A stretch of DNA of 64,000 nucleotides, from NCBI GenBank assembly GCA_040954595.2, contig CM082576.2, positions 9,675,129 to 9,739,128 of the forward strand. Direction: 5' to 3'. This DNA comes from Balanoglossus misakiensis. Its lineage: Eukaryota > Animalia > Hemichordata. Below are positions 25,601-38,813 of the stretch, piece after piece. The notes under the pieces are model-generated. The model ran no database searches and was not told where the DNA came from. It worked only from the letters and a program-made list of their open reading frames with translations. The position numbers and the translations under genes are program-made. The stretch's first letter is position 1; each line of letters starts with the position of its first letter.

Positions 25601-28600
25601 AACGTGTTTTAGAGTGATAACTTACAGCGATTTCGTTAAAAAAAATAGGAAAAATAGTGCGCAACCTGAAAGCGCGCTAAGTCACAAAGTGATATGTGCG
25701 GATATTTACCGCTTTTGCTGGTAAGTTCGAGCGCAAAATTTGTTCATCTCCACACATTCTCGTGTCTCCTCCAGAAGGTTTAATCGAAAGCAATAAAACT
25801 CGAATTATGGGCAGCAGATCAGCGGAAATTATTAGTGCAGGGATAGGTCAACATCTGCGTTTTGAAGAGTCGCGATTTTTCATCGTTTATTAAACAATAA
25901 AAAAAGTAATTGTCTCAGAACTTAGCTCCTTGTAAAACTAGCAGAATTAATAAACATTTGTGTGACGGAAATGTCTCAGTGGGCGAGAGTAATTTGATGC
26001 AGGGAAAAATCGCTTGATATGCAATATGTTCCTCCTATACGGGATGTATGTGATTATATCTGATTACAGTTTATGACACGATCAAATAATTGAGTTGTTA
26101 AACAAGTTTTTTTTCTCAACGCATGCCCAGTACGGCGTAGTCTTTGATTAACGGTCCTTATTAGGCACTGGAAGAACCGCGGGGCAGTCTCAGAACCCAC
26201 CAGAAAGGCGATTTCTGTGTGTTCGAACGACAGGCACACAAAGGGCGCTGAGTAATGAAATGTGATAAAGCAATTATTGCTTGTTGACTTGGTAAGACGA
26301 TAATACAATCATTCCAAAATCATCCGCGATCTCGCCAACCTGTATGAGAGGTGAATACCAATTGAGGAAGTGTCAGCGGGCGGGATTTACTCCCACAAAT
26401 TGGGTTTGCCACAAGTTAATGTGTGTCTCATTGGACACGACATCGTCGCGTGTACCCTCCCTTCGCGGTGTCAAGAGCGACTTCATAAAACGGCAGCGCA
26501 ACCCGCTCACGCGAGAGACACATTTTCGATTTACAAAAGGGAGCTCACGCACAGATCATACACCACTTGAAAAACTGCCTGCGCTTGGTGAGCAGACGAG
26601 AGAGAGAGAGCGCGCTGAATAAATTCTCCCCTCCGTCGATTAAAAACACCAGGACGGTAATTACAGCGATTGCTACAGGTGAGTAACTCGGTCGTACCGG
26701 TTGCCGTGGAATAAATACACTGTCATATCTCGAAGTCTTGCGGCAGTTCGGATTTTTGTGTAATTAAGAATCTGCGTGATATTGTACCGTTTTTGGGGGG
26801 AAATGTTAAACTTTCCTTGCCATTGTTAAGTAACCCTTGTCTCCAAAGGTCAGTGCCGCTTCTACACAATAGTGTTCAAAAAGTACACATCGCCGACAAT
26901 CCACCCGAGTAAGCTGTTTATTAGATTGAGTGCCCCGAGCGTGAAATTCAGTGGGTTAAAGTAATGTACAGGTAGACTTCATCGACTCCATCCAAGATGG
27001 CGCTTTAATGACGCTGAAGAAAGTCGACCAGAATACTCTCCACATTTCCCGCTATTTGAGTGGCACCAATACCTGATCTTCCGTTTTACACGCGACACAC
27101 ACAGAAGAGAGATGTTGTACTCTTTTTATATCAGATAGGGCACTCCTTTTCACCTCAGACTGGCGGGTCAGTGCATTTAAACTCCGAGGCTTTCATCAAA
27201 GAGAGCGCCCAAACAAATCGCTTTTCGCGGGGAAACGTTTAATTCACCAACGACTACAAACATATATCCTTACGTCACACACACGCACACCTGATGGCAT
27301 TCCAGCGGTGTCGTCTCTCAGGAGCACGCCAGCGACTAATTCCATCAATGCAAGCAAAGTTCATCGTTCGAAACAGGCAAAAAAAGACCGCGAGATCATA
27401 TCCCAGGAGACACAATGCCCCTTCAACAGTCTAGAAAGTAGCCGCGCTTATCTCTATTTTCGCGAAGAACCCCTCTGCAGTATTCTCATTCGCTGGTCTC
27501 ATTACCGGCTACTAGCATCCCTTACCCGTGATAACATACACCCATTGCGAATCTCGCCGACGACGCCATGTTCAATGCATACGCTGTGCTGCTTTTTCGA
27601 CAACTTCATATAAACGACAACTATGGACGAGAATTGAACGGCAAATCCAAGAAATATTATTTTAATCACTGTCGAGGTGAAATACAATAAGCTTAATAGG
27701 GACAGAACTAGAAAGACGGTCAATGAACCTACGTATCGACTATTAAATCGCCCTGGCGATTGCGAGGAGACGGATATAATGAACGCACGGTCGACGTAAA
27801 TTAAGCACGGGCAATTAAATTATCACTAAACCCCAACTTTCTTGACATCGCAGCGGACACAAAATAAACCTTGGCTGATATTCAACAGAAAGATGGGCGT
27901 CATGCAGCGATAACTAATGCTCCGCCATTTATGAGTAGATCATTATCGTGTGTCGCTTATACTATATTTGCAATTCATTCAACCTCTCCTAACCAGCGAG
28001 AACGTATCATGAAAACTGATGTGAACATTTGTGGATTGCGATCACTATCAGTCTGTTGGACATTGCATGCGGGGAATGCCACGGCGCTCCCGCCAAGCGT
28101 GGCGGTCCGACTGGACACGTTCGATTGATTCAAATCCCGGTGGCGCTCAACTTCCACCTCCCGCGATTGGTTGGCTGGCTAATTTGAATGCAAAGAGTCA
28201 CGCTACCACCCGGTGATATGACTGTCCGTCTGACAGTTTCATGACAAACTACACGGGTTGGCACATGTGGGAATTTTTACAGTTCAATGAGTCCTCGACC
28301 ATCGGATCGGAGTACTTTTTTCACGCTCTGTGGAGTCGCCCTTCGTCCATGCAAGCATGCAATGGAAGCAGACTGAACTGTCTTTGATGCAAGAATATCG
28401 CACAGCTAGTGATAACTTATTAATCCGTGGTGCGACAGTTACATCATGAAAGGACCCTTTGTGTAGTCGGCGTCGGCGTCAGGGAATAATTGGCTGTATT
28501 TTTTCAATAACACATTAATTATTAAGTTGAGAACAGAATAAAAACCACAATACAGAGCTGTAATAACGCAAGTCGTGCCATGACATTCATTTCCACTATG

Positions 28601-28833
28601 TGTTCTTAGGTCGGTGGTTCCAGAACTGTTATCGTAAACGGCGAGCGAGATTAATTTGGAAATGATAAGGGTTATGATTAATTTAGTTCTACCGTGTTTG
28701 TAAAATATTGTTATAAGTTGACTTGAAAGGGAAAAAAATCGATGATTCTTTCACATTTGCGTCTCAGTCCAAGAATAGATCATTATATTCTGTATGTGTT
28801 CTAATGTGAGCGTTTCAGAGAGAGGGGGGAGTG

Positions 28834-28836
<3 letters not shown>

Positions 28837-28905
<69 letters not shown>

Positions 28906-29070
28906 CTGAGACAGGCAGGCTAGGCAGGAAGGCAGGCAAACAGACAGACATAGACAGAGACACAGGAAGAGGCAGACAGATGGACGGACGGACAAATAGA
29001 TAGAGAGAGACACAGACAGAAACAGATACACGAAGAGAGGCAGATAAACTAAGACAGGGAGAACGTATAA
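28837..29070. repeat. (GA)n microsatellite (28837-28902) followed by a compound GACA/GGCA/GATA tract
   Basis: Directly visible. Confidence 0.95.
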
Positions 29071-30840
29071 AGAAGCAGGTACAGAGGAGTCTGCAAGTTT
29101 TTATATATCACATGTGTTCTACTTGTTTCTGAAGACCGGATATCGAGTTGTGTTCCAAATGACTTAATCAGAATTCACTACATTCTCAGGATAAAATGCT
29201 GACACCCGCCCCTTTCATCGACACGTTCTTCCGTTTCTTTTATCTGCTGATATCTTGACATTATCACTTTTGCCTCGTTTTTTATCTTTCCAAAAGAACC
29301 AGAGACGACAGAATGAGTTTTGTGTCTCGCGGGTGATGACTTCACCCTTACATTAACCTGGAGAGCTAACGGCGCGGACCATGTCGGCTCCCATCAGAGT
29401 CAAGACACTTCATAAAAATGTCCTTGTTGCGCCCTTTCATCTTTCATCAAGTCCCGCCAAACGATGCCGTTGTTGCACGTTCTCAAATGCTTCAAGATTT
29501 TCCCCAAAAACACGCGTATTATAAGTGCATAGTGCAGTGCGGGGCGACGTCAAAGTGGAGATTGTTATCATTTGACATAACGTTGTTTATAAGTTTCCTT
29601 CGACAGGAAAATGGTATTGGGGGGGGGGGGAATTCTGCTCGTCGAATCCAATTGATTAGCTGACGTGAACACCTGTGCATGTGATATATTTGAATCAATT
29701 TCGTTTTGCCACACAATCCATTGTGGTCACCTGACAATTTTATTTCCCACGTATATACGGGGCCAATATATCTATGTATTTTTGGTTTTGTGAACTTTTC
29801 TCGAGAAAAATAATACTATAACCCAGCTTTTTTGAAATAACTTTTTCATTTCTCGTGTCAACACATCCAGACACCGTCCCCTTAATTAGTTTCACCCTGA
29901 CCCCAACCCCCAAACCCACCTGATGATCCATGACGTCATTGGGGACGTTTCCTTTTGACGAGTTCAAAAAGATCAACCTTGAGATTCAGCTTTTCATCCT
30001 GCCCATCCACTGATGGCTTTTATCTCCTTTTTTCCGAATTCGTATTCATTTTTTTAATAGCTGGAGATTTACTGGTCCCATTGGCAATAAACACGTGTCC
30101 GTGATATATCGACACTTTGAATTTAATAGAAAACAAGGACGTTAATTGACGCGATTAATGTATTAACTAATTTATAGGTTTCTCCTTTTATTTCTAAATT
30201 CAATACAGTATTTTTTAACAAATGATTTATCCGCACATTATTCTATTATTGTCGCAGTTAAAGCTACAAATATGCTTCCGTGCGCGTAAAAACGGTGAAG
30301 TCCTATTTTTCTTCCGAAATGATAAGATTTTCCCCCGATAAAGTTAATCAAGGGAATTGTGATACAACCCCAGGACAAGAAAAACAATCACATCAAAACC
30401 GAAATGCATGCAGCCAGGCGTTCATGGATTGACTCGTCTACTATCATGTCACTCTATCCCCCCCCCCCTCCCCACATCTATAATGCCTTCCGGAAATGCG
30501 GTTTTTATAGAATAGAAATTTTGGAGAAGAAGAAAACACTGGATAATTGATTTTCATGACTCAAGGAGAAGTAAAATAAGCATGCCGTGTGCGTATCTCC
30601 GGTTCTTAAGACTTTTTTTTCTCTTCTCGGGGACGTTCTCAATTATTTATGTGCGTGTTGCGATTACAGTCCGGTGCATGCAGAGCCACCACAACTGAGT
30701 AAGGTAACACCATGTTAACATGAAAACCTGAAATTCTAAGTGCGAGATCGGGTCGCAGTTTAGCACGGGCCCAGGTTTCCACACATTTAACAAAAGAGTC
30801 TGATATAAATCTCAATCGTCATCATTGGGTGTTATATACT

Positions 30841-30995
30841 ACCTGTCTGTCTTTGTATGTTTCTGTATCTCTCATCCTGTCTCTCTGCCTCTCCGTCTCT
30901 GTCCCCTCTCCCTGTCTCTCTGTGTCTGACTCTGTTTGTCTGTCTCTGTCTCTCTGTATCTGTCTGTATGTCTGTCTGTCTGTCTCTCTCTCTCT

Positions 30996-31026
<31 letters not shown>
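30841..31026. repeat. Compound (CT)n/(TGTC)n low-complexity tract
   Basis: Directly visible; same repeat type as 28837-29070 in the opposite orientation. Confidence 0.9.
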
Positions 31027-34000
31027 AAGGAGGGAAGCCAATTTTAAGCATTACACTTCCCCTTTTTATTGACTCGGATTTACCATCATCCAAACCATTA
31101 GCAAATTCAACGTGTTCAAATGTATTTTAGTGTGATGTATACTTAATGAATGCCCTAACAACGTAACTAACAGAATGCAATGTACAACCAACAAATGTTA
31201 TTTGAGACAGGAAAGAAAAGCCACCGTGAGATATTCAGGGCGGGAAAACGTTCAATTAAATCAAGGCGACGTGACAACAACCTCCATTTATGTACAGTCG
31301 TAGATTTGAACACATATCGAGTGATTTGATATACGATTATGGGGTATGTGCTCGTCTGCATATGGTCACTTAGTAAGAGTTGGATTTTTGTTCATACCTT
31401 ATTTGCGTGAAATGATTCGAAACCTCATTATTATTAATGGATGAACGGTGGATTCGCGAGCATAATTCTAACAGTATTTCTGTCTTAATTTTCATCGTGC
31501 ACCATTCAGTCGTCACAGATGTCAACGCACTGAAAGGCGCGACTGGGTAAAACAAACAATAAAGTGTTCCCAATATTTCTTGAAATGATAAAGTCGAGCT
31601 TTCTCGTTCAATCACACAGGAGTGTATACGTGCATGTACGAGCCACGGCGTTCGCGACAGCTCAACAAAACCCGACCACGTGCCTGATCCAATTATCGAC
31701 CTGTTGGCAGTGAAACCAAATTAGACGCATGCGAGCTAGATCTATGGACCTTTTTCTCGTTTGCAAAGCAGACATTTTTTTTCTGTACACGAGTTGATAT
31801 CGAAATGGTTTTACGTAAGCCAGGGTTCTGATAAGTAAGCTTAATGTTCGAGAGGCTTTGGCAGTAATAACGCAACGCGCCTTTGTTCGTGGCAGCTCGA
31901 AAGTCCTTCAAATGTTGACACAGGAGAACTCTTGGGAGTGAAATACACCGAGGGACAGGTGGCCGAACTTTTTATTTGGCCTAAAATCTGACGACGTCGA
32001 GTAAAACGCGATTTTATTGTCAGGATTCATCCACGGGATGGCACTATAGTTGCTTGCCAACACCTGAGGCCTTAGACTTCTGCCCTCTGAGTAGAAATTA
32101 TAAAGGTCATGACGCATGCTCTGCATTGTTCATTTTTTAGCAATACCGGTGTCATCAGTGTCATGTCGTTTGGCAAACTGGAACTCGTGCGTAATGTGTT
32201 TGCGACTTTGACGGCGTCTTTATCTGGTCTAACCTCGGTCTACCGCTTCAAAGCCGAACCCAACTGCACGTTGTACATGTAAGCTAGTCAACACCATTAA
32301 TAAACGAAAAGGTTTTCGCCAAGCAAATCGAAAGTACACAATTTTTGTAGGCCCAGATAAAACGGGAGACGGAGATCAGTGACAAACGAGCGTCTCAGTA
32401 TCCAGGGAGTTTCGCGCCTTATTGCAAAGCGACACATTTGATCCGATCACGTCGGTTCAATCGTTTGAGTACGACAAATCGGCGCGAGCGGGATTTCCAA
32501 ATATCACGAATTCTAAACCCACTCTCAATTTTAAAAAAATCTCGCACAAGGTTAAAAAAAGTTGCTTGATAACTTTCAAATGTAAAGTACCAACGTCGTT
32601 TTACTGCCGCATGCAAAAATAGTTTTATTTCTTTATTCGTGCATTAAAAAACAGACGTTCATTTCCTACTGTTGAACTGCCAAACAGTTGGGTACAGACA
32701 AATTCTGAAAAAATTAGAACGAATCCTTCTCAAATGACGTGATATCATAATATACTGAAGTTCGGGATAGATTACTGAATGTGAAAGAAACCAGACTTTG
32801 AACGATCGTGGCATCCTGGGCATGTTTCAAATGTCGTCGATTTTTCCCCCCAAGGAGGAGTTCCTTGGGAACATTGAACATATGGTCAAAGTAAAATGAT
32901 ACAGAATCCTTATTGCTGCATGCAGCATATATAGAAGTGTCAGAGAATGCGTTTCTTTTTATCACCCCGACACAAAAGAAAATCCAAGCTATTTTTAAAT
33001 TAGATGTAAAGTCATGAGATCCAAATTGGCTGCACTGCCCCTGGAACGTGTATCGTATCACCGTCGTTTGTTCGCCGGCAACTGTGTTCAAGTCAACCAT
33101 CACGATAGTTTATCACCCATCATTGACTGCAACACGGTGTATTATTATTCTATAGCTGCCTCGGCTAAAAATAGTGTATTAGAGTTCAAAAGCTGTCGGC
33201 CTTCACAATGGCGTCGAGCGCCAGTGTGGAAACTCAGTCTTATTCATGTTTCACACATGCACTGTGCAACTTCGTGGTAGTGCCATCATGTGCGCCAGTC
33301 CCAAACCAGATCAGAGAAAGAGACGGTATACACGAGTCTTTGTCACAAGTAAACTCCCTAAACACGAACTCAGGGCGAGTATATCCAGCCTTGCATTCAA
33401 AACACCAATCACCTACGCAATCCTCGTAAAGTGGAATATCGTGGAGATTTCACCAAGACACTTACACTTCAGATTTTATCCCGCGGATCACATCGATGAA
33501 ATATTCCAGTGCAGTTTAAACATAACTTAACGCCGTGGGATCGTGGCTTTTGCCATCCATTTTTTAGTCGCGCGGGTAGCTAAATCCGAGACAACTTTCC
33601 AGAGTTTTACTTAAATAACTTCGCAAATAATTATAACATGGATACTAATCCCGTATCTACATGAGGAATATTGTGTCATCTCAGTTATACACAACGCGAA
33701 GTCGAATGGCAAGAAATGTCTGTTGACGTTTCATGATGTGGCGACACGTCAAAAGGCAAGAGATTATGCCCTCAAATGTCAAAATAAACTTTGGTTTCAA
33801 ATGTAGCCTGTACATCCCACTCACATTTTCGTTCACTTTTACAAGGACGTGTTTGCAACATGACGCGATGGCTATGTTCTCACCTGAACAGACAAATCCA
33901 TCTTAGAAGTACCCTGGGGCTTGATATCACAGACCCGTCCGTAACTCTTGTTTTGAAAATCGTGTCATTTTTCCGGGGTTTAACTAGTTTTCATATAATT

Positions 34001-35290
34001 GTTTAAGTATCATTGTCATTATTCCCGGGTCGTACATTGGAACAAATGTAACAGTGTCCGTATGTCTGTCTGTGATGCCTGAATGTACTGGACAAGGATA
34101 CAGTTTTTTTAAAAGTTTGCAATCATCGACACTCGATGCACGACAAATGGAATTGCCTCACGCGCTCAGAAATTATAAATCGCCAGTATAGCAGACAGCA
34201 CTCCCAATGGAAAGACAGGCCGTCGGTTTCTGGTGGCATTCGTTATCCCCTGTTATTCCCATTCCTAAGTGACGGGGATCTAGGTCGTCGTGATGAAAAG
34301 TTGTCAACAGATTACGACCTAAATAAATATAAAAAACGATGCTTCATATTATGCGAAATGCCCCAAATGAGCCCCAAAAGACTCATTCGTAGTTTTCAGT
34401 TGATAAAAATGATACAAACGCGTGTCTGGCCCAAGAGAGGGAGAGAGAAGCACCGCACGTCTCTTTGCTTAAATGCTATAGCTAATGGCTGGCCGCTCCA
34501 TATAGATGGTTTTGATGATAATTTTACGCGCTTCCGCGACTTCCCGCTAAGACGCGCCTGATTCGAGCAGAGCACTACGCAATAATAGAAACTAGCGACT
34601 GGGAGCTTCTATAGCGTGCAGGGTGGAAAGACTATTGTTACACAGAGTCTCGGCGGAGAGGAAAACTTCGACGAATCCTCGGGTTTTCCTCCCTGAAGTA
34701 CCGTTTCTGATAATCGAGACATCCCTTCGAAGGAAAGGGGATAGGAAGCGCGCGCGAGGAATGTTGAAATTCGAACAGTGGTATACCGTCTGGAATAAAT
34801 GAGCCGTGTGATTTAATTCTCCCTGCCAAATCAATTTGCACCATTTACGAAACCACCTCTAGGGTACCACTCCACGACTGAAGATGTCTTCACGACTTGG
34901 CCCTGTGCCATGATGCTGTAAAGCCAGAACAATGGCTACTGTTTTCCCCATGAAGACGGTAAAGTAGGAGCCAGGCAGTAAGAACTGAATGATTCGAATG
35001 ATCAAAACAGAACTTACACCGAAATAAAATTACATGTACATATATGTTATTCACGCGTGATTAGGGTTTTAAAAGTCTCCTGAAAACAGATATGTTTAAT
35101 GTGGTTTCCCAGCGATAGAGTAACAACATGTAGCACATCAAAATTCATAATGTTGATTGTATTAGTTCCTTGACGCACCTAGCCGGGGGCGGTGGAAGGG
35201 GGGGGGGGGGGGAGATCGTCACGGCATAAATTGTCGCCGCCCACTTGTAGTCCCGCGAGTTAATCTGGGCCTTTTACGTTACGGTTGCGT

Positions 35291-35494
35291 TATAAAAGCG
35301 GGCAAAGAGGTGACCACTGGTTATGCCGTTTGTAGCAACAGTGGAGCGAACAAGTTGAAAATATTCTGTAGGTGAGTGGGTTTGGGATCAATGAGTGGCA
35401 CGCCCGAGCGTTCTGTGCTTGACTGAGCAAGTGCTTTTAAATTTGTATCTTGTAAGGGACCAGGGTATTTAATTATATTTCCTTGTCATTTCAG
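35291..35494 (+). promoter_or_regulatory. TATA box, short non-coding first exon and 5'-UTR intron of peptide precursor gene A
   Basis: TATAAAAG at 35291-35298. Donor TAG|GTGAGT at 35372 and acceptor TTTCCTTGTCATTTCAG ending at 35494, 44 nt before the ATG. A G-rich tract at 35185-35212 and a half-CRE TGACG at ~35171 lie upstream. Confidence 0.6.
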
Positions 35495-35538
35495 ACTCGT
35501 CATTTCTGAGCGCTAGAAGTTGTTGTGTGAGACACAGA

Positions 35539-36192
35539 ATGATGTCCATAGGCCAGAAGATGGGCGTCTGGTTCGTAGCGCTGTGTTTGATAGTTTTATG
35601 CGATGGACCTGTAGGTGGCGTCAGGCCGATCACGGCGTTTCCACCGGGCCGCTGTCTGCCCAACCAGCCGTACAACCCGTTCTGCAGACTCCTCGACCTG
35701 GAAACCCAGGAGGAAGCGGCGTCGAATGTGGCCAAACGGACTAGGTGCATGCCGGGGATGGAGTTCAGTTTCTACTGCAAGATAGGCAAACGGGCATCCG
35801 GTGTGACGGGCGGGGAAGGCGAGGAGGCGGCGGCGGCCGGGAGGAACCCGCAGCCCAAGAGGGTGTCCCTCGACATCGCCGACTGTTCGATCGGACCCGA
35901 CGGCGAGGTCGACCCCGTCTGCGAGAAGCGGCGAAAGCGGATGCTTCAGCGGAGAGGTGTCGGCAGCCACTGCATCCCCGGCAGCGAATTCAGTTTCTAC
36001 TGCCGCTTCAGAAAAGCAGACGATTATTTTTCCCAGTTGGCAGAGGCGAATCTTGTCGAGGCGAACGACGGCGTTGAAGACGACACGGCGGCGACAGGTG
36101 AGAACACTGGCAGAGATGACCGATTACTGAGGAACGAAATAAGAAGTAAGCCTTTAATAGAACAAGTTGCAGTAGTTCATAGGAATAGATAG
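35539..36192 (+). CDS. Secreted prepropeptide A: multi-peptide precursor with four two-cysteine rings, neuropeptide/hormone-like, family not recognised
   Basis: 217-aa ORF from the first ATG, GC-rich relative to its flanks. Hydrophobic N-terminus (KMGVWFVALCLIVLCDG), KR/RR/KRRKR/RK sites and acidic spacers. Rings: CLPNQPYNPFC, CMPGMEFSFYC (followed by KI-G-KR, an amidation signal), CSIGPDGEVDPVC, CIPGSEFSFYC. The C-terminus may differ if the donor at 36098 is used. Confidence 0.85.
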   Translation: MMSIGQKMGVWFVALCLIVLCDGPVGGVRPITAFPPGRCLPNQPYNPFCRLLDLETQEEAASNVAKRTRCMPGMEFSFYCKIGKRASGVTGGEGEEAAAAGRNPQPKRVSLDIADCSIGPDGEVDPVCEKRRKRMLQRRGVGSHCIPGSEFSFYCRFRKADDYFSQLAEANLVEANDGVEDDTAATGENTGRDDRLLRNEIRSKPLIEQVAVVHRNR

Positions 36193-37484
36193 ACTAGATC
36201 TAGAATTATTTTGTGCTTTCAAAGAGGTTTCCAATTTAGATAGACACAGTTGAGCGGGGTATCGTGTTGAAGAGATGAAAACCCGGGTGTTTTTTGTAAG
36301 ATCAATTCGTAGCATATGTCAAAAATCTATTTTGAGTGAAATCAACTTGAGTCAAACAGGTATTCGTATGTAGGCCTACAAGTCATGTCTCTGCCCGTGA
36401 CGCACCAACAAGGGGTCAACGACTTTTGGAAGACACAGTCGTGACGGAGTGAAAAAAAGAGACGTAAAACGCAGGCATATGTCCGACAAATATGCTTGCT
36501 TGGGGCAACATACACGGTAATTTGTTGCTGCATGGGATGTAAACTCCGATGATGTACAACCCATTTCTTCCCGACGCTCCATTACACGAACGACGGATCG
36601 ATGGCAACGCGGCGTAGAGTCATTGTGAGGCAGCGCTCATACCCGGCAAGCATGACCTCGACCGGTATCGTTACAAAGCACACCCACCGCCGAGATTCTC
36701 ACTTCCTTCGTCATGGATTCTGAAGTGAGAACGGTAAACTATGGCTTAGGTTCAGTAGCGATGGCGATATTTTGTAGCGTCCGTGGCAAAGTGAAAGGAT
36801 CGGTCCGCAACACTTTAGACGTACAACCAATTTCATATTGTGCTTTCATGTTTATCGACGCAATCGGTGCAACTGGCAACTGATAAGGTGTGTTCTACTC
36901 GCTCAAGCGTATTAATGGCACGGTGTTTAAAGTTGTCGTGTCGATAGTAATTGTACGTTTGCGGCTGCAAATACCTTTTAAAGTGCTACCCCATATTGAC
37001 GCCGATTTGCCAATTATAGGCGCGGCTCAAAAACTCAGCTGTCACAAGAAATGATGCATTTTGGGGGCGTTTACAGCTAGTTCGACAGAATTCATGATGC
37101 TATTATACACCAGTCCTCCTAGACTTGTTACATAATTCGAGACTGTTATACAGTAGACAGAATTTATTTTTAAAATATCTGAGAAAATTGGAACGTATTT
37201 TGACAGAAATAAATTTCAGAGAGTTACGCGCACCCCGTGAAACTTAAAGCAACGCCAATCCATTTGGTTTATCAATATTATACATGTATATGGTTATTGT
37301 TCAGTTCTGAAAAAAAAAAACGATTAGATTCCAGCAAGATTAAAATAAGCTCTCCGGTTATGCAGGAAGTGCTCTGGTTATCGGCGAAGTTTTCATGGTC
37401 TCATAAATTCGTGACTAGACGTGTACATAAATTTATTTATATTTTTGCGTTCATCATCTAATCGTGATGTCTCATTCTTTGCAG

Positions 37485-37543
37485 GGATTATGCTTAATCA
37501 GTTGAATCAAGAGTAAATGGCCAGTTTATATCTTTGTAGAAAG
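37485..37543 (+). other. Candidate 59-nt internal exon (alternative 3' end of precursor A, or UTR exon of precursor B)
   Basis: Branch-like CTAAT (~37458), acceptor TCTCATTCTTTGCAG|G and a consensus donor AAG|GTAAGT at 37544. Confidence 0.4.
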
Positions 37544-38689
37544 GTAAGTAGTTTACTGAATAGGCAAAAACTTTGAAAACATGATGTTCACTGAAGCGTG
37601 AATCTGTATTCCAATATTTCATGCCGCTGCGAGTACAAGGACACCGATTTTGAATTAGAAAAGGACACCGTTATGCGCATCGGTCGCTGCGCAGAAGATG
37701 GCCGCCTGCCAACCAACCAATTGAAGTTATCTTCCGTTTAGTTTGGAGACGACTGAGTCCTTCAACACTTAGATGCACACTTTTCTGGTACAGCGTGTTA
37801 AAAATGTTGACATTATTGTTGCAGTGGTGGTAGAAGCTGTACAGATCCACTGGTGGCCCCGCATTGGGGGGGGGGGTGCGCCCTTAGATTTCTCCGCCCA
37901 TACTTACCCAGATCGTGTCTTGTGAGTGTAGCACTAGCAGCAAGCAGACACACACCTCTTGGTGATGAGTACAAGAACGTGACACAGCCGTCGCTCGAGT
38001 GTGAAATCGTGGCAGACATAGAGAAAACGCGGCCACTGAGACTTTCCAATCGTCCGTCTTTGGAGTCTCAACCACAGTAAATGAAAACAAGTAGACGGCG
38101 AAATTTGTGATACACTAGAAATCTGTCATGGAAGAATTCGAACGCTGCGCCCAGTACACAGTTTGTCACGTCTGAACACTAACTATATACGCGACGGGCT
38201 CCACTCAGATGGAGTTGCCCATTGAAATTTTCAGGCGCTGAGCGAAAATAAAATGAGTTATAACAATATGGCATCATGGTTTCAAATATAAGAAGCCGGG
38301 AATATACTGTGTAAAGACGGCACTGCTACTCAGGCCTTAAATTCTATACTTTAGTTTTCTCGCGGTATTTGAAAGAAAATGGGCAAAACTGTAAGCGAGA
38401 AACACTGCGCTCTACCAGACCGGCAGGGGAGAAACAAAAAACAAATCCACGCGGCACTGACACCGTGCTTTCACGCTTCCCGAGGTTTCTCACCCTTCAA
38501 ACGCGAAGAAAAAACAACGCTTCTTGTCAGCTTCCATCCAGAATAGTGTGATTGGAATTCTCGACAACTACTGGTTGACGCGACGTGGCTAAGGCTGAAT
38601 TTAAGGGGATTAGCTAGAAGATTCCGCTCGTCTTTATGTTTTTTTAATATTGTCCATTGGATCATTTAGGGGCGTGGGTCTGTCTGTCA

Positions 38690-38813
38690 CATTCTCCGTA
38701 CAGAGATTGTAACTAAACCCTAGCTAGGAGGACTGACCGCACCAATAGCAGCCAGTCAGAGCCCCTAGCTAGATTAGAATTATCCACGCGCTACAATCTC
38801 TGTACGGAGAATG
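38690..38813. mobile_element. MITE-like 124-bp element with perfect 22-bp terminal inverted repeats
   Basis: CATTCTCCGTACAGAGATTGTA (38690-38711) is the exact reverse complement of TACAATCTCTGTACGGAGAATG (38792-38813). There are also inner inverted CTAGCTAG..CTGAC / GTCAG..CTAGCTAG arms. Confidence 0.7.

Noticed and set aside
15790-31130. Repetitive ORFs (CMYV/HTYI at 15.8-16.1 kb; SLSL and RERE at 28.7-31.1 kb)
   Set aside because: Translations of microsatellites.
35469-36077. Overlapping alternative-frame and antisense ORFs at precursor A (similar shadows occur at 44146-44590 and 48405-50300)
   Set aside because: Shadow ORFs of GC-rich coding sequence. Only the chosen frame shows a signal peptide, cleavage sites and synonymous-site conservation.
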